IMG/VR virus record: IMGVR_UViG_3300028886_002149
Length of the DNA stretch: 64,000 nucleotides
From: an uncultured virus (IMG/VR IMGVR_UViG_3300028886_002149)
Lineage: Duplodnaviria > Heunggongvirae > Uroviricota > Caudoviricetes
Reading direction: 5' to 3' (one strand)
Shown: positions 38,213-49,859 of the stretch, piece by piece
Layout of the letters: each line of letters begins with the position of its first letter
Position numbering within the stretch: the stretch's first letter is position 1
The notes under the pieces: model-generated
What the model was told of the DNA's origin: nothing
What the model saw: the letters and a program-made list of their open reading frames with translations, nothing else
The model's database searches: none
Program-made: the position numbers and the translations under genes

Positions 38213-41200
38213 ATGTCGGAAGCAAGCAAATTCTTTATTGAAAAAATAGATATTGAAGAAGACATGGGTGTCTCTGCCATCAGGGATACAGATGGCTTTA
38301 CAAAGCGTATTTTCAAAAAATGTCCTCTGATAGGGGATTATGTTATTGGAGAAAAGAACTTAGATACTCTTTACGCTAATGTAAAAAAATATATTGATAT
38401 GCGAATGGATTCTGATAATGCCAGGGTGACGAAGAATTCGTTTAACGTTAATGTACATGAGCAGACGGCCTTAGCCGTTGTTAATTACGCTAAGGAGTGG
38501 AATAGCAATGAGGAAGGAAAATTTACTCGCTTTGTAGCGATGCAATTCGGATATAAAGACGACTATTGGCGAGTATGGAATATTATTACTGAATCGCTGG
38601 AAATTGCATTAAATGCTAATCACAAGTTTTTTATACGCAGAAATGATGACAGACAATTTTATGAGACAGTAATGTCTCACTCAATGGGACCGAAAGGAAG
38701 TTGGATTCCACTTATTGATTTGCTGTTTTCCTTTTACAAAGAGAACTTGGATTGGAAATATGTTCCGAATGATCCTCTTTTTGTACGTTTCGTATATGCG
38801 CTTCAGCGTCATTTCAACAATGAGTCTGCGGATGAGGATAACTTCTTGATTGCTTCAAGAAGCTATAGCTTAAAAGTTGGAATAAGGAGACTTGTTCAGG
38901 AGAGACCGGGATATTGCGTAAAGCTGTTTGAAGATATAGTCAGAAGGCTTGACGAACTATTACAAAATAAAGCTGAGCCTAGCAAAAGGTATGTCTATGC
39001 CATTTTAGATCAATGGTATAAGAGTATGCTTAGCAATGTGAATTCGGTTTCGGAAACACCATCTTCCAGAGAGAATCGACGTAGAAATACGGAAGTCGCT
39101 TTAAGTTATTCGGAAGTGGCTGTTAAGTATACCCTAATTGATGATGAGGTCTATATCAATATACCGGCTATCAGACTGTTAGGCGAGGAGACAGGAGAAG
39201 CAAGAGCGCTACTTTATTTAGGAGATTCGCTTGTTGATGAAATATCGTTAGAGATTGTCGGTAATGAGCTGGGAGAGACCATTTGTGGGATTAGTTATAA
39301 GCTTCCGTTAGAAAAAGTGACATCAGAAGATGTTAAATTGCGTGTTTCAATCATGCGTGGGAACGACTTGATTTATGACTCTGCAAAAAAAATGTGGCGA
39401 TCTGTAATTCTGTTTCTTTACGGGAATGAAGTAAACATAAACAGGATTAATTATTCGGATTATCAACTATTTGCAATTAATAAAAGCGAAATATCAGGAA
39501 GTAATATTGAGTTTAATGAGACAGAATCTTCAAATTTGTTAGATGTATATTTTGACGAAGGATATAAACTTAAGTACTGTGGCAAGACCTTGGTTATGGA
39601 TGCATCTGCTGTTAAGGGGATCAGTGTGTCTGAGCCACAGTGCGTCGATGGAGTAACTTTTGAGATAGACGGCGAGGAGATGCTTGTGGCTTCGGAACAG
39701 CCCGAATTATGTCTATATTTGGAAGATGAAACTGACATTAAGAAATACAGTGTTGCAATAAACGGTAAGGCAGTGGTTGGCACGGACTACTGGAATAAAG
39801 AGGCTAAAAGATATGAGTTTTGTTCCAATGTTACTTCCGAAGAAACGGTTCGGTTTGTGGTAAAAGATCTTTCCTCGGGGAAGAGTATTTTTGATAACGC
39901 ATATTTGTTTGTTGATGGATTTAATTACGCTTTTAACCAAGATTGTTTTGTGACTACCCAAGAATTGGAACAAGGCGAAATAAGGATATCGCTTGCAGAG
40001 GGCGAAGTATCTGAGAGGTTAAATGGGAATGATGCTCATAAGAGGGAATTGGCAGGAGGCATTTTAATTTTCGACATTCCCTTTATTAATTGCTGTATAC
40101 AGAACCTTGATCAGGTTTATTTCGACAGGTATATACGTTATGAAGAGTTGGATGCGAATACAATCCTGCATATAGAAAATAATACAGGAAAAAGAATAGG
40201 CGTATCTATAGGAGATTATTATTTGGAATCGTTCGATAGAGATTTGTTATTGAACGATGTCAAGGAATTATTTAATCCTTATGAAGAAACAATAGTTGAC
40301 TTAAATATTGAGATTGATTCCGTCCATAGAACTATTTTCCAAATCGTATATGCAAACATGTTTGTTGATGCTCCGGTTATGGGAGTAAATGAGAATGTAT
40401 TTTGGTGGGATGGCGGATTAACATATGTTGGCGATTCTGCCGCAAAACTTTCTATTAGCCTGGAGAACGAAAACAAATATTATGAATTTCCACTTGTTTT
40501 GGGTGAACGTTCCATTAATGTGTTTGCAGATGATGAATTTGAAGACGGAGATTATGAATGGGCAATTCTAGAGGATGAGTCTATCATTTGCAGAGGAGTT
40601 CTCTTCTTGGGAGATGAAAGGAAGGCGCGCTTTAAGGACAAAGTAATAAGAATAAGCCGAATAGCCGGTGAGATTGATGATAGAACAAGCGAAGTAAACA
40701 TTAAGGATGTCTATATTGATCAGATTAAGTTCGTGGAAACAACATATGTTGAAACAGAGGAGGACATATTTGATGTTTATACAGGGTGTATGTACTGGAA
40801 TAGGTATGACGGAAAAAAATACTATTCATTTAAGTACACGGACAAAAAGTATAAGGTGAATCCTGTAAAAATCATATATATCAGCAAAAAATATTTAAGA
40901 ATAGTTAATGTAGACGACGAAGGCATTTACTGCTTTAATAACAGATTTTCGGCTAACCCGGGAATAGAAATAACAGACTATGAGCCAACCAGAAATTCCA
41001 AGGATTACAATGATATTTTGTTTTATCTGTATTCTGTGGAAAGCCTGAAAAAGGAAAGTACCTCTGAACATGCAATAGGGAGTGTTAAAGAGGTGGATGT
41101 ACCAAAAACGACAGATGTTCCCAAGACCGGTCGTGTAATTGTTGTTCATAACCAGACAATCAAAAAGGAGGTAAGTATTCCGGAAGAGGGTCTGTTTGAC

Positions 41201-43033
41201 GGAGTAAAAGACGTATCACAAAATACAGTGATTGAGGCCGATGCATCAGAGCGTATTCTGGTTAACGCCGGACCTGGTACAGGAAAGACCTGGACGCTAA
41301 TTGAAAAAATCGTATATATGGTAAAGAATCTGGAGATTGAAGCAGAAACGATTCAGGTCCTTTGCTTTTCTCGTGCTGCAGTTGAAGTAATTAGAAATAG
41401 AATTGATCAGGAAATAGAAAGAGATAATGATAATCTTGATATTAAGAGGATAGATGTTAGAACCTTTGACTCGTTTGCGACGCAGTTGCTTTATTGGGTC
41501 AGAGAGAGTGATTATGATTTAATCCCTGAAAACTACCAGTTGGAGTCGTTGAATTATGATGAAAGAATACAGAAATTCATAGAAGTAGTAAAAGCAGAAC
41601 CGGATTTGATTTCCGAATGTAAGCATTTGGTAGTGGATGAAGTTCAGGATCTTGTGTTAACAAGAGCCGAGATGGTGTTAACACTTATAAAAAGCCTCCC
41701 TGATGAATGTGGTGTTACATTGCTGGGGGATGCATGTCAGGCAATTTATGATTACCAGTTGGGTGACGGAACGAAATCACTTGAGTTTTACAGAGAAGTA
41801 AAGAAGTTCGGAACTTTTAGTTTTTACTCTTTTTCTGAAAACCATCGTCAGACGTCTGAATTAATGGCATATTCGGATGGATACAGAAAGCATATATTGG
41901 ATGAGGACATAGAAGGCTGTCAGGATTATCTTGAGTCATTAACAGACTTAATTCCTGCTTGCAAAATAAAGAATTTGGAGCAGATAAACAAAGCAGCATT
42001 GGATTTTTATTTTGATGAAGGAAGTATAGCGATTTTGACTAGAAATAATGCTCAAGCGCTAAGCCTTTCAGGCGCATTAAGGGAACATGGTGTTGAGCAT
42101 TGTATGCAGAGACGATTAAATGATTTGTCTCTTTGTTCGTGGATAGCTTTGGTCTTAAATAATCTTGGGAAGAAAACATATAGTTATACAGAGTTTGCGG
42201 ATGCGTTAGAGGAAGTAAACGCTGAGGGAATAGATGAGATTTGGGATTTTGTAAGTGATGGTTCACCGGATAGAAGAATAGATACAAAGGCTATTCTTAC
42301 AAAAATAAAAGAAGCAGGAACTTGTCGCTATTTATATGTTAATGCAAAACAAAGTAGGCTTACGGTTTCAACTATTCATAGGAGTAAAGGTAGAGAGTAC
42401 GATTCTGTGATAATTCTGGATGAATTGTTACAGGATGAGACGAAAGACCTGGAAGAACATCGTGTTAAGTATGTAGCGCTTAGCAGAGCACGAAGCAGCG
42501 TGTTTAGATCTTCTATGAAGAAACTGTTTTTTAGAACTTTGGAAGATCGTAGATGCTTTAGCGTCGGGACGGTATTTAAGAATAATAACAAGTATTTAAA
42601 GAACTTTGAAGTTGGACTAAAAGATGACCTGAATGTTGACTATTTTGCTTCTGCAGATGCATTGCAAGAATGGATACGTGAGAATGCTGATGAACTGGTA
42701 GGAAAAGAGGTATATCTATCCAGACAGGAGCAAATAGTAGATGGCTGTGTTATTTATGATGTTGTTCTTGAGGAGGACAATACAATAGTAGGCCAGACGA
42801 GCAGAGATTTTTCTTGGGATTTGAGTCAAGCAATTAGACAAATTAAGGGATTGTCAAACAGAGTTGAACTTTATGATTATTTATATCCGGCTGAGTTTCA
42901 TGGGATATATATAACAGATATCGCGTCAGAGATAGCCCTGATGAGGGGAAATGAACAGGGCATAGAAGATTTCGGAGGCTTAGCGACCTGGAATACCTTA
43001 CAAATCGAAGGATATGCTAAGGCATCATACTAA
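38213..43033 (+). CDS. 1606-aa protein: about 1000-aa uncharacterised N-terminus + UvrD-like SF1 helicase
   Basis: NAGPGTGKT, VVDEVQD, LGDACQAIY, NHRQ, STIHRSKGREYD, YVALSRA in the C-terminal part. Confidence 0.8.
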   Translation: MSEASKFFIEKIDIEEDMGVSAIRDTDGFTKRIFKKCPLIGDYVIGEKNLDTLYANVKKYIDMRMDSDNARVTKNSFNVNVHEQTALAVVNYAKEWNSNEEGKFTRFVAMQFGYKDDYWRVWNIITESLEIALNANHKFFIRRNDDRQFYETVMSHSMGPKGSWIPLIDLLFSFYKENLDWKYVPNDPLFVRFVYALQRHFNNESADEDNFLIASRSYSLKVGIRRLVQERPGYCVKLFEDIVRRLDELLQNKAEPSKRYVYAILDQWYKSMLSNVNSVSETPSSRENRRRNTEVALSYSEVAVKYTLIDDEVYINIPAIRLLGEETGEARALLYLGDSLVDEISLEIVGNELGETICGISYKLPLEKVTSEDVKLRVSIMRGNDLIYDSAKKMWRSVILFLYGNEVNINRINYSDYQLFAINKSEISGSNIEFNETESSNLLDVYFDEGYKLKYCGKTLVMDASAVKGISVSEPQCVDGVTFEIDGEEMLVASEQPELCLYLEDETDIKKYSVAINGKAVVGTDYWNKEAKRYEFCSNVTSEETVRFVVKDLSSGKSIFDNAYLFVDGFNYAFNQDCFVTTQELEQGEIRISLAEGEVSERLNGNDAHKRELAGGILIFDIPFINCCIQNLDQVYFDRYIRYEELDANTILHIENNTGKRIGVSIGDYYLESFDRDLLLNDVKELFNPYEETIVDLNIEIDSVHRTIFQIVYANMFVDAPVMGVNENVFWWDGGLTYVGDSAAKLSISLENENKYYEFPLVLGERSINVFADDEFEDGDYEWAILEDESIICRGVLFLGDERKARFKDKVIRISRIAGEIDDRTSEVNIKDVYIDQIKFVETTYVETEEDIFDVYTGCMYWNRYDGKKYYSFKYTDKKYKVNPVKIIYISKKYLRIVNVDDEGIYCFNNRFSANPGIEITDYEPTRNSKDYNDILFYLYSVESLKKESTSEHAIGSVKEVDVPKTTDVPKTGRVIVVHNQTIKKEVSIPEEGLFDGVKDVSQNTVIEADASERILVNAGPGTGKTWTLIEKIVYMVKNLEIEAETIQVLCFSRAAVEVIRNRIDQEIERDNDNLDIKRIDVRTFDSFATQLLYWVRESDYDLIPENYQLESLNYDERIQKFIEVVKAEPDLISECKHLVVDEVQDLVLTRAEMVLTLIKSLPDECGVTLLGDACQAIYDYQLGDGTKSLEFYREVKKFGTFSFYSFSENHRQTSELMAYSDGYRKHILDEDIEGCQDYLESLTDLIPACKIKNLEQINKAALDFYFDEGSIAILTRNNAQALSLSGALREHGVEHCMQRRLNDLSLCSWIALVLNNLGKKTYSYTEFADALEEVNAEGIDEIWDFVSDGSPDRRIDTKAILTKIKEAGTCRYLYVNAKQSRLTVSTIHRSKGREYDSVIILDELLQDETKDLEEHRVKYVALSRARSSVFRSSMKKLFFRTLEDRRCFSVGTVFKNNNKYLKNFEVGLKDDLNVDYFASADALQEWIRENADELVGKEVYLSRQEQIVDGCVIYDVVLEEDNTIVGQTSRDFSWDLSQAIRQIKGLSNRVELYDYLYPAEFHGIYITDIASEIALMRGNEQGIEDFGGLATWNTLQIEGYAKASY

Positions 43034-43045
43034 CGGAGGCCATAT

Positions 43046-46000
43046 ATGGGTAGGTACACAGAGTATTACAAAGCAAGAAGCAAAGTTGTTGAGATAGTGA
43101 GAGAGGATTTAGTGGGACCTGTCACCGAGGATGAGGTGATTAACGAGTTGCCTACTTCCTATTACATTATGGGGAAATTATACCCTAATACCAAGGAGAA
43201 TATTGAGCATGACGATATCGGTACAAGTGCAGATTTAGAAGCACTGGATATGGATAATGCTCTTTCTGCCACTAATGTGCGCGATCCGCGTTCAATGGGA
43301 GTTACATTTACTGTTTTACCGGGCATCGATTATGTAAATGTGAGAATTTCTTTTGCAGTATATAAACCATTTGGTTATGAAGATGCCAAGGAAAAACAGC
43401 TTGATATATCCAGATATCAGAATGAAATAGACGAAATGGATGAAAAAGAGAAATCAAGACTGCTGTTTTGGAAAAGGGAAAAGCACGATTTTGATATTAA
43501 ACTTTCTGCAACGGAAAGTTCTAATGAAGAGATCATAGAGGGAATTCATCTTAGAACTTTTGTACATTTGGTCCCTGAGAATGGAAATCATATTGTCACA
43601 ACTACGCTAACTAACGAAAGGACGGAGAACGAGAGTGAGAAGGAGAAAATAGCCGGAAGTACAATTATGCAACCGGAAATAGAAATTATAGCTGATGCAG
43701 CAGGCAAGGACACATTTACCGAAGTAGGAAGACAAATCGGAATCAAAAACAATGCCGAGCTTCTGGAATTGGATATGTTGTATTCGAAGGAAAGATGCTA
43801 TGCACAGGGTCATGGCTGCTCGGTTATTTGGGATCATGATGGGACGAGCCCCAAGTATATCAAGACTTCATTTATGCCTGAATATAACTTGTATCAAATG
43901 AAGCCGCTTGAAATAAAAGGTAATCCTGTATTTAATATGAAATACCTATATACCGCAGCGCATAAAGAAGTTGTGGAAAATCTCTACAAATTTGCGGATG
44001 AGTATTTGGCTTGGATTAATCTGCGCGACGAAGAAAGTGAAGAAGAATCATACAAGGCCTATAAAGAAGTGGCCAAAACGAATTTAGACAAATGCAGGCA
44101 TATAGAAGGGAGAATCAGATATGCAATCAGTCTTCTGGAGAAAGAAGACTCTGTTGCATGGAAAGCGTTTAGATATGCTAATGAGGCTATGTATCTGCAA
44201 AGATATAAAAGCATAGAAAAACAGAATGCGATGAATGGAACAGATGCAGAGATAGATGACGGAAAGATTAATTGGTATCCGTTTCAGCTTGCTTTCGTGA
44301 TCATGGAAATTCCATCATTTGTGGAACCTGAAGGAGATGACAGAACGATTGTTGATTTGCTTTGGTTCCCGACTGGTGGTGGTAAGACGGAAGCGTATTT
44401 GGGTATTTCTGCTTTTGAAATATTTTATAGAAGGCTATCTGATCCTGAGCATTGCAACGGTGTATCCGTAATTATGCGATACACTCTTAGATTGCTCACT
44501 ATTCAGCAGTTTGAAAGAGCTTCTATATTAATTTGTGCTTGTGAATTACTTAGGAAAAAATACGACATACCCGGAGATGAGATATCTATTGGTCTATGGG
44601 TAGGTAATAGTTTTACTCCTGGTAGCATTGATGATGCAGATAGCGCATTGCGAAAAATAATGGTTACAGGGGAAAGAGGAAAAGAGGATGCCGATCCATG
44701 TCAGATAAAGATTTGCCCTTGGTGTGGGAAAAAAATATATCCAAAGCAGTATAAGGTGAATAAGAGTATCGGCAGAATGGAAATCAAATGTGATAATCCA
44801 GAGTGTGATTACAATGGAATTCCTCTGCCGCTACGGATAATAGATGAAGAAATATATACATATAGACCTGCATTTTTAGTTGCTACGGTGGATAAATTTG
44901 CACAGATTACTATTCAAGAACGTACGTCGGCAATCTTTTCTGCGGATGGTAATTCTGCGCCACCTGAACTAATCATACAGGATGAGCTGCATTTGATATC
45001 CGGACCGTTAGGAACGATGACTGGCATATATGAAGCTGCAATTACATCAATTTGTGAGAATCTTGGAAAGCCCGTGAAAGTTGTTGCATCTACTGCAACT
45101 ATTAGGAATGCTTCTAAGCAGATTCAAGCTCTGTATGGAAGAGAATATAATCAGTTTCCGCCTCAGGGAATAACATACGATAATTCATTTTTTGCTGTCC
45201 GGTCTAATGAGGAGGAGCGTCCGGCAAGATTATATGCCGGAATTATGGGAACAGGAACGACATTTACTACGACATTGATTCGTGTTTATGCTGCTTGGCT
45301 GTTTGCGTCAAGATATTTGATTGACCTTGGCTATGAAAACGAAGTGGTTGATAATTCATGGACATTAACCGGTTATTTCAACAGTATACGAGAACTTGGC
45401 GCTACGCAAACACAGATTGTCGATGATATTCAAAGCAGATACAAGTATCTTAAAGCTAATAAGTTCAAAGAAAAATATAGTAATTTTTCCGGAAGTGATA
45501 GATATGAAAAGATTGTCGAACTAACTAGTCGAATGCCTAATGAAGAAATATCTGAGGTTATTCAGGAAAAGCTGAAAATTCCGTTTTCAAGAGAGAAAGA
45601 AAATGAGGTTTATGACTTTGTCTTGGCGTCAAACATGATATCTGTAGGTGTGGATGTTGGGCGACTTGGAACAATGGCAGTAGCAGGGCAACCAAAGACA
45701 AATGCGGAGTACATCCAGGCGACTAGCCGCGTAGGAAGAAATAATCCAGGATTAGTGTTTACCGTTTACAATGCTGTAAGATCACGAGACAGATCGCATT
45801 ATGAACAGTTTTCAAGGTATCATTTTGGCTTATACAGATATGTTGAGGCTACAAGCCTTACACCTTTTTCTGACCGCGCAAGAGACAGAGGTCTGCAGGC
45901 ACTATTTATTACATTGTGTCGTTATTTCTGCCCTGAGTTATTGGCTGATAACGCTGCCGGAAATTTCAAACGTGACCTAGACGGTGTAAAAAAGGCTGAG

Positions 46001-46237
46001 CAGATTATTTATCGATATGTTGAGATTGTTGATGAGAGAGAAAAAGAAAAACTGTTAAGTGAGATGATGGACATCGAGGATCAATGGGAGGCTCAGGCCA
46101 GTGCAATGCCTGAACTGTGGTACAGGAAGAGCAATAAACCATCTTTATTCCATCCAGATACTGACGAGGACAGTCGATTTAGGATAATGAATAGTATGCG
46201 TTCGGTTGAAGCTAGTTCAGGCATATATATTTTGTAG
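43046..46237 (+). CDS. drmA: DISARM DrmA-like SF2 helicase
   Basis: W.PFQLAF, LLWFPTGGGKTEAY, RYTLRLLT.QQF, QDELHLISGPLG, NMISVGVD, QATSRVGR, RDRSHYEQF. Confidence 0.9.
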   Translation: MGRYTEYYKARSKVVEIVREDLVGPVTEDEVINELPTSYYIMGKLYPNTKENIEHDDIGTSADLEALDMDNALSATNVRDPRSMGVTFTVLPGIDYVNVRISFAVYKPFGYEDAKEKQLDISRYQNEIDEMDEKEKSRLLFWKREKHDFDIKLSATESSNEEIIEGIHLRTFVHLVPENGNHIVTTTLTNERTENESEKEKIAGSTIMQPEIEIIADAAGKDTFTEVGRQIGIKNNAELLELDMLYSKERCYAQGHGCSVIWDHDGTSPKYIKTSFMPEYNLYQMKPLEIKGNPVFNMKYLYTAAHKEVVENLYKFADEYLAWINLRDEESEEESYKAYKEVAKTNLDKCRHIEGRIRYAISLLEKEDSVAWKAFRYANEAMYLQRYKSIEKQNAMNGTDAEIDDGKINWYPFQLAFVIMEIPSFVEPEGDDRTIVDLLWFPTGGGKTEAYLGISAFEIFYRRLSDPEHCNGVSVIMRYTLRLLTIQQFERASILICACELLRKKYDIPGDEISIGLWVGNSFTPGSIDDADSALRKIMVTGERGKEDADPCQIKICPWCGKKIYPKQYKVNKSIGRMEIKCDNPECDYNGIPLPLRIIDEEIYTYRPAFLVATVDKFAQITIQERTSAIFSADGNSAPPELIIQDELHLISGPLGTMTGIYEAAITSICENLGKPVKVVASTATIRNASKQIQALYGREYNQFPPQGITYDNSFFAVRSNEEERPARLYAGIMGTGTTFTTTLIRVYAAWLFASRYLIDLGYENEVVDNSWTLTGYFNSIRELGATQTQIVDDIQSRYKYLKANKFKEKYSNFSGSDRYEKIVELTSRMPNEEISEVIQEKLKIPFSREKENEVYDFVLASNMISVGVDVGRLGTMAVAGQPKTNAEYIQATSRVGRNNPGLVFTVYNAVRSRDRSHYEQFSRYHFGLYRYVEATSLTPFSDRARDRGLQALFITLCRYFCPELLADNAAGNFKRDLDGVKKAEQIIYRYVEIVDEREKEKLLSEMMDIEDQWEAQASAMPELWYRKSNKPSLFHPDTDEDSRFRIMNSMRSVEASSGIYIL

Positions 46238-46250
46238 GAGGGATTTTTAT

Positions 46251-48104
46251 ATGAATTTTGGAAAAAGTGGAGATGAAAAAGCAAAAAAAATCCCGATTGG
46301 TACGATAAGAAAGACACAGTTGATTTCAACTTTTGCTACAGGCGCGATAGCTGAAATGCCTGAATACACAGTTATTATGGCTGCATCAAACTACTGGTCG
46401 GGGAAAAAACTATATGAACCAAGTCTCCAAAGGTTGTTGGGTATGAACTATTTCATGGAACCAAAGTTTACCGAAAGCCAAAGTCCTTTGGGAAACTCTG
46501 ATATGCCTGCATTTCGTTTTCCACAAATGCATTTTTGCCCTAAGTGTGGAAAGTTGGATAATTATAAAAGCTTTGGAGATCCCAAAAATAAAAAGTGTGC
46601 AATATGCAATAGGGAAATCGTTCCTTCCAGATTTATTGCTGCATGTATAAACGGACACTTAGAGGATTTTCCGTTTGAGTGGTGGGTTCACTACGGAAAT
46701 GTGATGAGTTGTACAGATCCGACAAATCATCACAAATTATCAATTGAATTTAAAGACAACACAGGTGGATTGGCCAGCATTGTAATTAAGTGCAAGGAAT
46801 GTGGCAAAGAACGTTCTATGGAAGGCTGTATGAGTCCGAAAGCGCTGAACGGCTATAGGTGCAGAGGAAAAAGACCGTGGATAAGCATGAAAGAAGAAAG
46901 TAACGATCCGATACAATGCTCAGCACCGATGAGAGCATTGCAAAGAGGTGCTTCGAACGCCTATTACAGCATCACTCAAAGCGCCTTAACTATTCCGCCG
47001 TGGAGCCATAAAATCCAAGAGGAGATAGAGAGCAAATGGAGCGAAATTCAGACTGGATTTGAAGGAGGCATGGATGATAATTTCCTCATGCAATTAATTA
47101 ATATTTTCTTTAAAGACACCATAAGTGCAGGAAAGTATACTGCCTCTGATTATATGGGCGCAATAAAAAAGCGTAGAGGTCTTGAGCAGGACGACGACTC
47201 AGATTTTACAGAGCAGAAGATGTTCGAAGATGAGTATAGGGCATTGTGTGCCGGTTATGGAGATGATGAGTCAGAGGAAACAGAGCAATTTCGAGCAGAA
47301 ATAACAGACATTTCTCCTTTTCTACAGGACTATTTTGATGAAGTGGTTCTTGTAAAGAGACTGCGAGAGGTGATGGCATTTCGTGGATTTAGAAGACTAA
47401 CACCGTCTCTTCCGAATGAGAACGAGGATGCTTTTAAAGGAGTTGATCCAAGCAGAGAGATTATGCCACCTTGGGATAAGCCCCTAAAGTGGTTACCTGC
47501 GATTGAAATGCGCGGTGAAGGAATTTTTGTTGTTCTAAATAAAGACAAGTTGGAAACGTGGGAAAGAGAGAACGCCGGAAGATACGAAGAAATGAAAAAG
47601 AGACTTGGTAGTCTCAATATTGGAAAGGGTATGTTTTCACCGCGATATGTGTTGCTACATACATTGTCTCATCTTCTGATCAGACAGTTAACGATAGATT
47701 GCGGATATCAGGAGGCAGCACTTAAAGAAAGGATTTATAGTACTTATCCGGAAAACGGTAATACTGAGATGGCAGGTATTTTGATTTATACATCTTCTTC
47801 CGATTCTGATGGTAGCCTCGGCGGATTGGTAAGGCAGGGAGAAAGTGATTTGCTTGAAGAAACCATGAGAAACCTTCTTGAGGAGGCATCCTGGTGCTCA
47901 TCGGATCCGTTATGCATAGAATCAAAGTCACAAGGTTTTAATTCTTTGAATTATGCAGCGTGCCATGCGTGCACATTATTACCCGAAACCAGTTGCGAAG
48001 CCAGAAATTGTTTGCTGGATAGGGCTGCCGTTGTAGGAAAACCGGATGATAGAAATATAGGATATTTCGGAGAACTGTTGCTTGGAGGAATAGATAATGT
48101 CTAA
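46251..48104 (+). CDS. drmB: DISARM DrmB-like DUF1998 protein
   Basis: LLHTLSHLLI, ERIY, CSSDPLC, AACHAC.LLPETSCE..N.LLDR. Confidence 0.9.
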   Translation: MNFGKSGDEKAKKIPIGTIRKTQLISTFATGAIAEMPEYTVIMAASNYWSGKKLYEPSLQRLLGMNYFMEPKFTESQSPLGNSDMPAFRFPQMHFCPKCGKLDNYKSFGDPKNKKCAICNREIVPSRFIAACINGHLEDFPFEWWVHYGNVMSCTDPTNHHKLSIEFKDNTGGLASIVIKCKECGKERSMEGCMSPKALNGYRCRGKRPWISMKEESNDPIQCSAPMRALQRGASNAYYSITQSALTIPPWSHKIQEEIESKWSEIQTGFEGGMDDNFLMQLINIFFKDTISAGKYTASDYMGAIKKRRGLEQDDDSDFTEQKMFEDEYRALCAGYGDDESEETEQFRAEITDISPFLQDYFDEVVLVKRLREVMAFRGFRRLTPSLPNENEDAFKGVDPSREIMPPWDKPLKWLPAIEMRGEGIFVVLNKDKLETWERENAGRYEEMKKRLGSLNIGKGMFSPRYVLLHTLSHLLIRQLTIDCGYQEAALKERIYSTYPENGNTEMAGILIYTSSSDSDGSLGGLVRQGESDLLEETMRNLLEEASWCSSDPLCIESKSQGFNSLNYAACHACTLLPETSCEARNCLLDRAAVVGKPDDRNIGYFGELLLGGIDNV

Positions 48105-49833
48105 GATGATTCCGCCGGTTATTGGCGATGAGGAAGCACGAAAAAGTCCAGCTGAAGCAAGTGTGTTTGGCTACTTAAAAGGTATGACGTGGGGCAATGC
48201 AATCGCTTTATATTCATTACCGCTGAAAGAACATATTCGAAATAGTTTCGGCGAAATAGACTTTGTTGTAATTTGTGATGAGGGCGTGCTGTGCATTGAG
48301 GTAAAGGGTGGTACTGTGGAGAGACGTGAAGGGCAGTGGGGATATACACCTCAAAGAGGCCCTAAGAAAGGTGTTACTACTTGGAAACCGCAAGGACCAT
48401 ACACTCAAGCGCAGGGAAATATGAAATCATTGCGTCAGTATTTGGAGAAACACTTTAAGGCTGATGATGCGATACTACAATGTAAAATGGCTTGTTGCGT
48501 TATTACTCCCGACTGTATTATTAAGGCGGATGATGATACCGAGATTATTCCGGAAATCACTTTCAGTGCGGGAATGAAGGAAAGCGATTTGCCTAAAGTT
48601 TTTGAACGAAGCTTTAAGTACTGGTGCGTAGAAAAACATTACGCGGGACAGGAAGGACTAAACTCTAAAGCTAAAGAGCGATTGGCTACGTTTCTTAGAG
48701 GAGACTTCAATTTTGTCCCCGCTCTGTCTGTTATTTTGGATAGATCCGAGGAGCAATTATTATCCACAACAGAAGAGCAATATAGAATAATTGAAAGTAT
48801 GAGTATTAATGACCGCATGATGATTGAAGGCGGGGCAGGAACCGGTAAAACTATTTTGGCAACAGAGCAATGTAGAAAAGCTTCTATCAAAGGAGAGAAG
48901 GTTCTTTATCTGTGCTTTAACCACGCTATTGCGTCATATATAAGAGAAGTTTTTTCTTCGGAGGGAGAAAGCACGGATGTTTATACCTTTCACGAGATTC
49001 TAATGAAGTTATGCAATGAAAAGTATGTTGGTGACGAAAAGTCGGATTATTTTAAAAATGAGTTGCCAAACAAATTTCTAAAGAACATTGCGAGTTCGAT
49101 GAGTGAAGTAGCTAAATATGACCGTATCATCATTGATGAAGGTCAAGATTTGATGAATATGAATGCTTATTTGTGCATAAATGAGCTAATAAAAGGTGGA
49201 TGGGATAATGGTAGGTGGACAATCTATTATGATCCTCATCAAAACTTATTTGTTGACAATGATGAGTTTCAGGAAATATGGGAAACCCTGAAAAAGTCAT
49301 CGTTTGTTTTTCCTTTGACAATTAACTGCAGAAATACACGGCAAATAGCAGAAGGAAACTATGCGGTTACGCATGTGTATAAAGCAACAAATCCTCGTGC
49401 GGAGGGTGAGGAAATAGCATATAAAACATATAAAAGTAAAAGTGATGAACGAAATCAGCTGTTTGAAATGATTAGATGGCTTAGAAGTAATGGGATAAGC
49501 AAAAAAGATATTGTAATCTTGTCATATTACAGACTTGATAATCCGGAAAGTTGCCTGTTTGAGACAGATATCCCTGTAGACATTGGTAGAGTAAAGTTTA
49601 ACGTACTCTCTGATTTCGGAAGTTGTAAGGATATACGATATTACACAATTCAAGCATTTAAAGGACTTGAGGCTAGGGCTGTAATCATGATAGATGTGGA
49701 CAGCTTTTCAGATGACAGTAAGCGGTTTTTGAATTATGTCGGTATGTCCAGAGCGAAAACTTATTTAGCTATGTTTTACGATGCCGGTTTGTATCAGGAG
49801 AGACAGCAGCGTCTTCTTGAATCACTTATATAA
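48097..49833 (+). CDS. NERD nuclease + SF1 helicase fusion
   Basis: EIDFV..IEVKGG; GGAGTGKT, IIDEGQD, NCRNT, FKGLE, YVGMSRA. Confidence 0.88.
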   Translation: MSKMIPPVIGDEEARKSPAEASVFGYLKGMTWGNAIALYSLPLKEHIRNSFGEIDFVVICDEGVLCIEVKGGTVERREGQWGYTPQRGPKKGVTTWKPQGPYTQAQGNMKSLRQYLEKHFKADDAILQCKMACCVITPDCIIKADDDTEIIPEITFSAGMKESDLPKVFERSFKYWCVEKHYAGQEGLNSKAKERLATFLRGDFNFVPALSVILDRSEEQLLSTTEEQYRIIESMSINDRMMIEGGAGTGKTILATEQCRKASIKGEKVLYLCFNHAIASYIREVFSSEGESTDVYTFHEILMKLCNEKYVGDEKSDYFKNELPNKFLKNIASSMSEVAKYDRIIIDEGQDLMNMNAYLCINELIKGGWDNGRWTIYYDPHQNLFVDNDEFQEIWETLKKSSFVFPLTINCRNTRQIAEGNYAVTHVYKATNPRAEGEEIAYKTYKSKSDERNQLFEMIRWLRSNGISKKDIVILSYYRLDNPESCLFETDIPVDIGRVKFNVLSDFGSCKDIRYYTIQAFKGLEARAVIMIDVDSFSDDSKRFLNYVGMSRAKTYLAMFYDAGLYQERQQRLLESLI

Positions 49834-49859
49834 TTTCATAAAACAGAGGGTTGAATGAT

